Origin: Nemertoderma westbladi
Taxonomy: Eukaryota > Animalia > Xenacoelomorpha
DNA: 64,000 nt
NCBI GenBank assembly: GCA_032718475.1
Contig: JAUCBJ010004350.1
Span: 1 to 64,000 of the forward strand
Direction of reading: 5' to 3'
Part shown: one piece after another, positions 62,951 through 64,000 of the stretch
Layout: every line of letters begins with the position of its first letter
How positions within the stretch are numbered: position 1 is the first letter of the stretch
Program-made: the position numbers and the translations under genes
The notes under the pieces: generated by a model
Told to the model about the DNA's origin: nothing
The model's input: the letters and a program-made list of their open reading frames with translations, nothing else
Database searches by the model: none

Positions 62951-63162
62951 TAACTAACCTATGTAACAAAGGAAAATTCACAGCCACCCTGTTTATTACT
63001 ATGAATGCAGTCTTTAAAAAATTTCACATTTCATGGTTCCACCATCTGTTACACCACCTACTATAAATAGTATTCATATACAATTCACAATAACCTTCTT
63101 AATTTACATTAATTAATTAAACCCTTTGTCCTTCTGAAGATATTTTATGAAATGCATCATTA

Positions 63163-63491
63163 GGCCCGTGCTACACTGGTCAGAATGTCAAAATGAATGC
63201 CTCATTGCTCCATAGGTAACACAAGTCATAAGTCATTTGATAAAAAATATAAGATACGTCTCACATTTACTGCATATTTATACCCAAAGTAACCAATCAC
63301 AGACCTCTTGCCGGATATAACACATGAGTCATATGTCAACAGATGGAACATGGAACATATAATCACTTTCGACTCATAGGTCGTAACTTACGATTTACCA
63401 GTGGAGACGCTCCCATTGAAACCAATGCGTTCCATAATTTATTTGACTTATGAATGACTTACGACATAGACTTACCAGTGGAGCACGGGCT
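63163..63491. mobile_element. PIF/Harbinger-like MITE
   Basis: TIR GGCCCGTGCTACACTGGT and ACCAGTGGAGCACGGGC; TTA on the left flank; related terminus at about 8320. Confidence 0.7.
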
Positions 63492-64000
63492 TTTAATTAG
63501 TGGTTTTCCAATTTGCTTATTACAATTTGCTTATAAAATTACGTTTTTTATATTGATTTTACATTATTTTACATTGAATTTAAATTATTTTACATTTATT
63601 TTATATTATTTTACTTTGAATTAATTATTAAATAATATGATAAGATTATGATTGGTATTGCCCAACGTAACATACTGTATAAGATTACCCCTAAAGAATT
63701 GCAGCTATTTTCATGGGGGTCCTTTATGTTACTTGGTTACAAATACAGGGACAATTACAATTATTACTCTAACCTAAAACTAATATAAAACGTTATTACA
63801 ATTATTCGTACAGGTCCTGCAAGTGGTCGTTAGTTCAGTCCTGCGTCGTAGGTGCTGCATAATATAGTAGTTTAATTTATATTTACAGCAAACCTATTTC
63901 ATAGCATATATCTATTTTGTCCCAGCAATAATTAAACTGTAAAATGTACTATTTATTGGCCTCGTTTATTGTTTTGGTTCGAATAGAGTCATTCCATCCA

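Noticed and set aside
60930-64000. Upstream URB1 exons or start codon
   Set aside because: Candidate segments near 61320 and 63810-63890 gave no URB1-like peptide; the 5' end was missed or lies beyond the window.

Overview
AT-rich, repeat-dense window from an invertebrate animal genome (taxon not determinable from the sequence). Almost the whole window is one minus-strand gene, URB1/Npa1 (nucleolar pre-ribosomal-associated protein 1). I rebuilt it by hand as at least 9 phase-compatible GT-AG exons from about 60263 down to 1215; its 5' end was not found. Two large introns (9.7 kb and 31.7 kb) hold other genes: an intronless TRAK/Milton (antisense), a 3-exon orphan gene (antisense), a small ORF with a C-terminal hydrophobic segment, and an intronless GC-rich Staufen on the same strand as the host. 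The introns also hold many mobile elements: RTE-like, CR1-like and CRE-like LINEs, tRNA-derived SINEs, a 6.2-kb Sola1-like DNA transposon inserted in a CR1 LINE, and many MITEs with clear TIRs and TSDs. Highlights: (1) a 3.1-kb, 41-bp minisatellite that is a tandem amplification of a URB1 exon-intron junction, with intact and dead donor variants; (2) two Sola1-like elements that each carry a large satellite made from their own TIR, in the same geometry; (3) a Tudor-like segment plus a 30-aa repeat tract ahead of the Sola1-like transposase; (4) the nested intronless Staufen and Milton genes. All family calls come from remembered motifs, not database searches.
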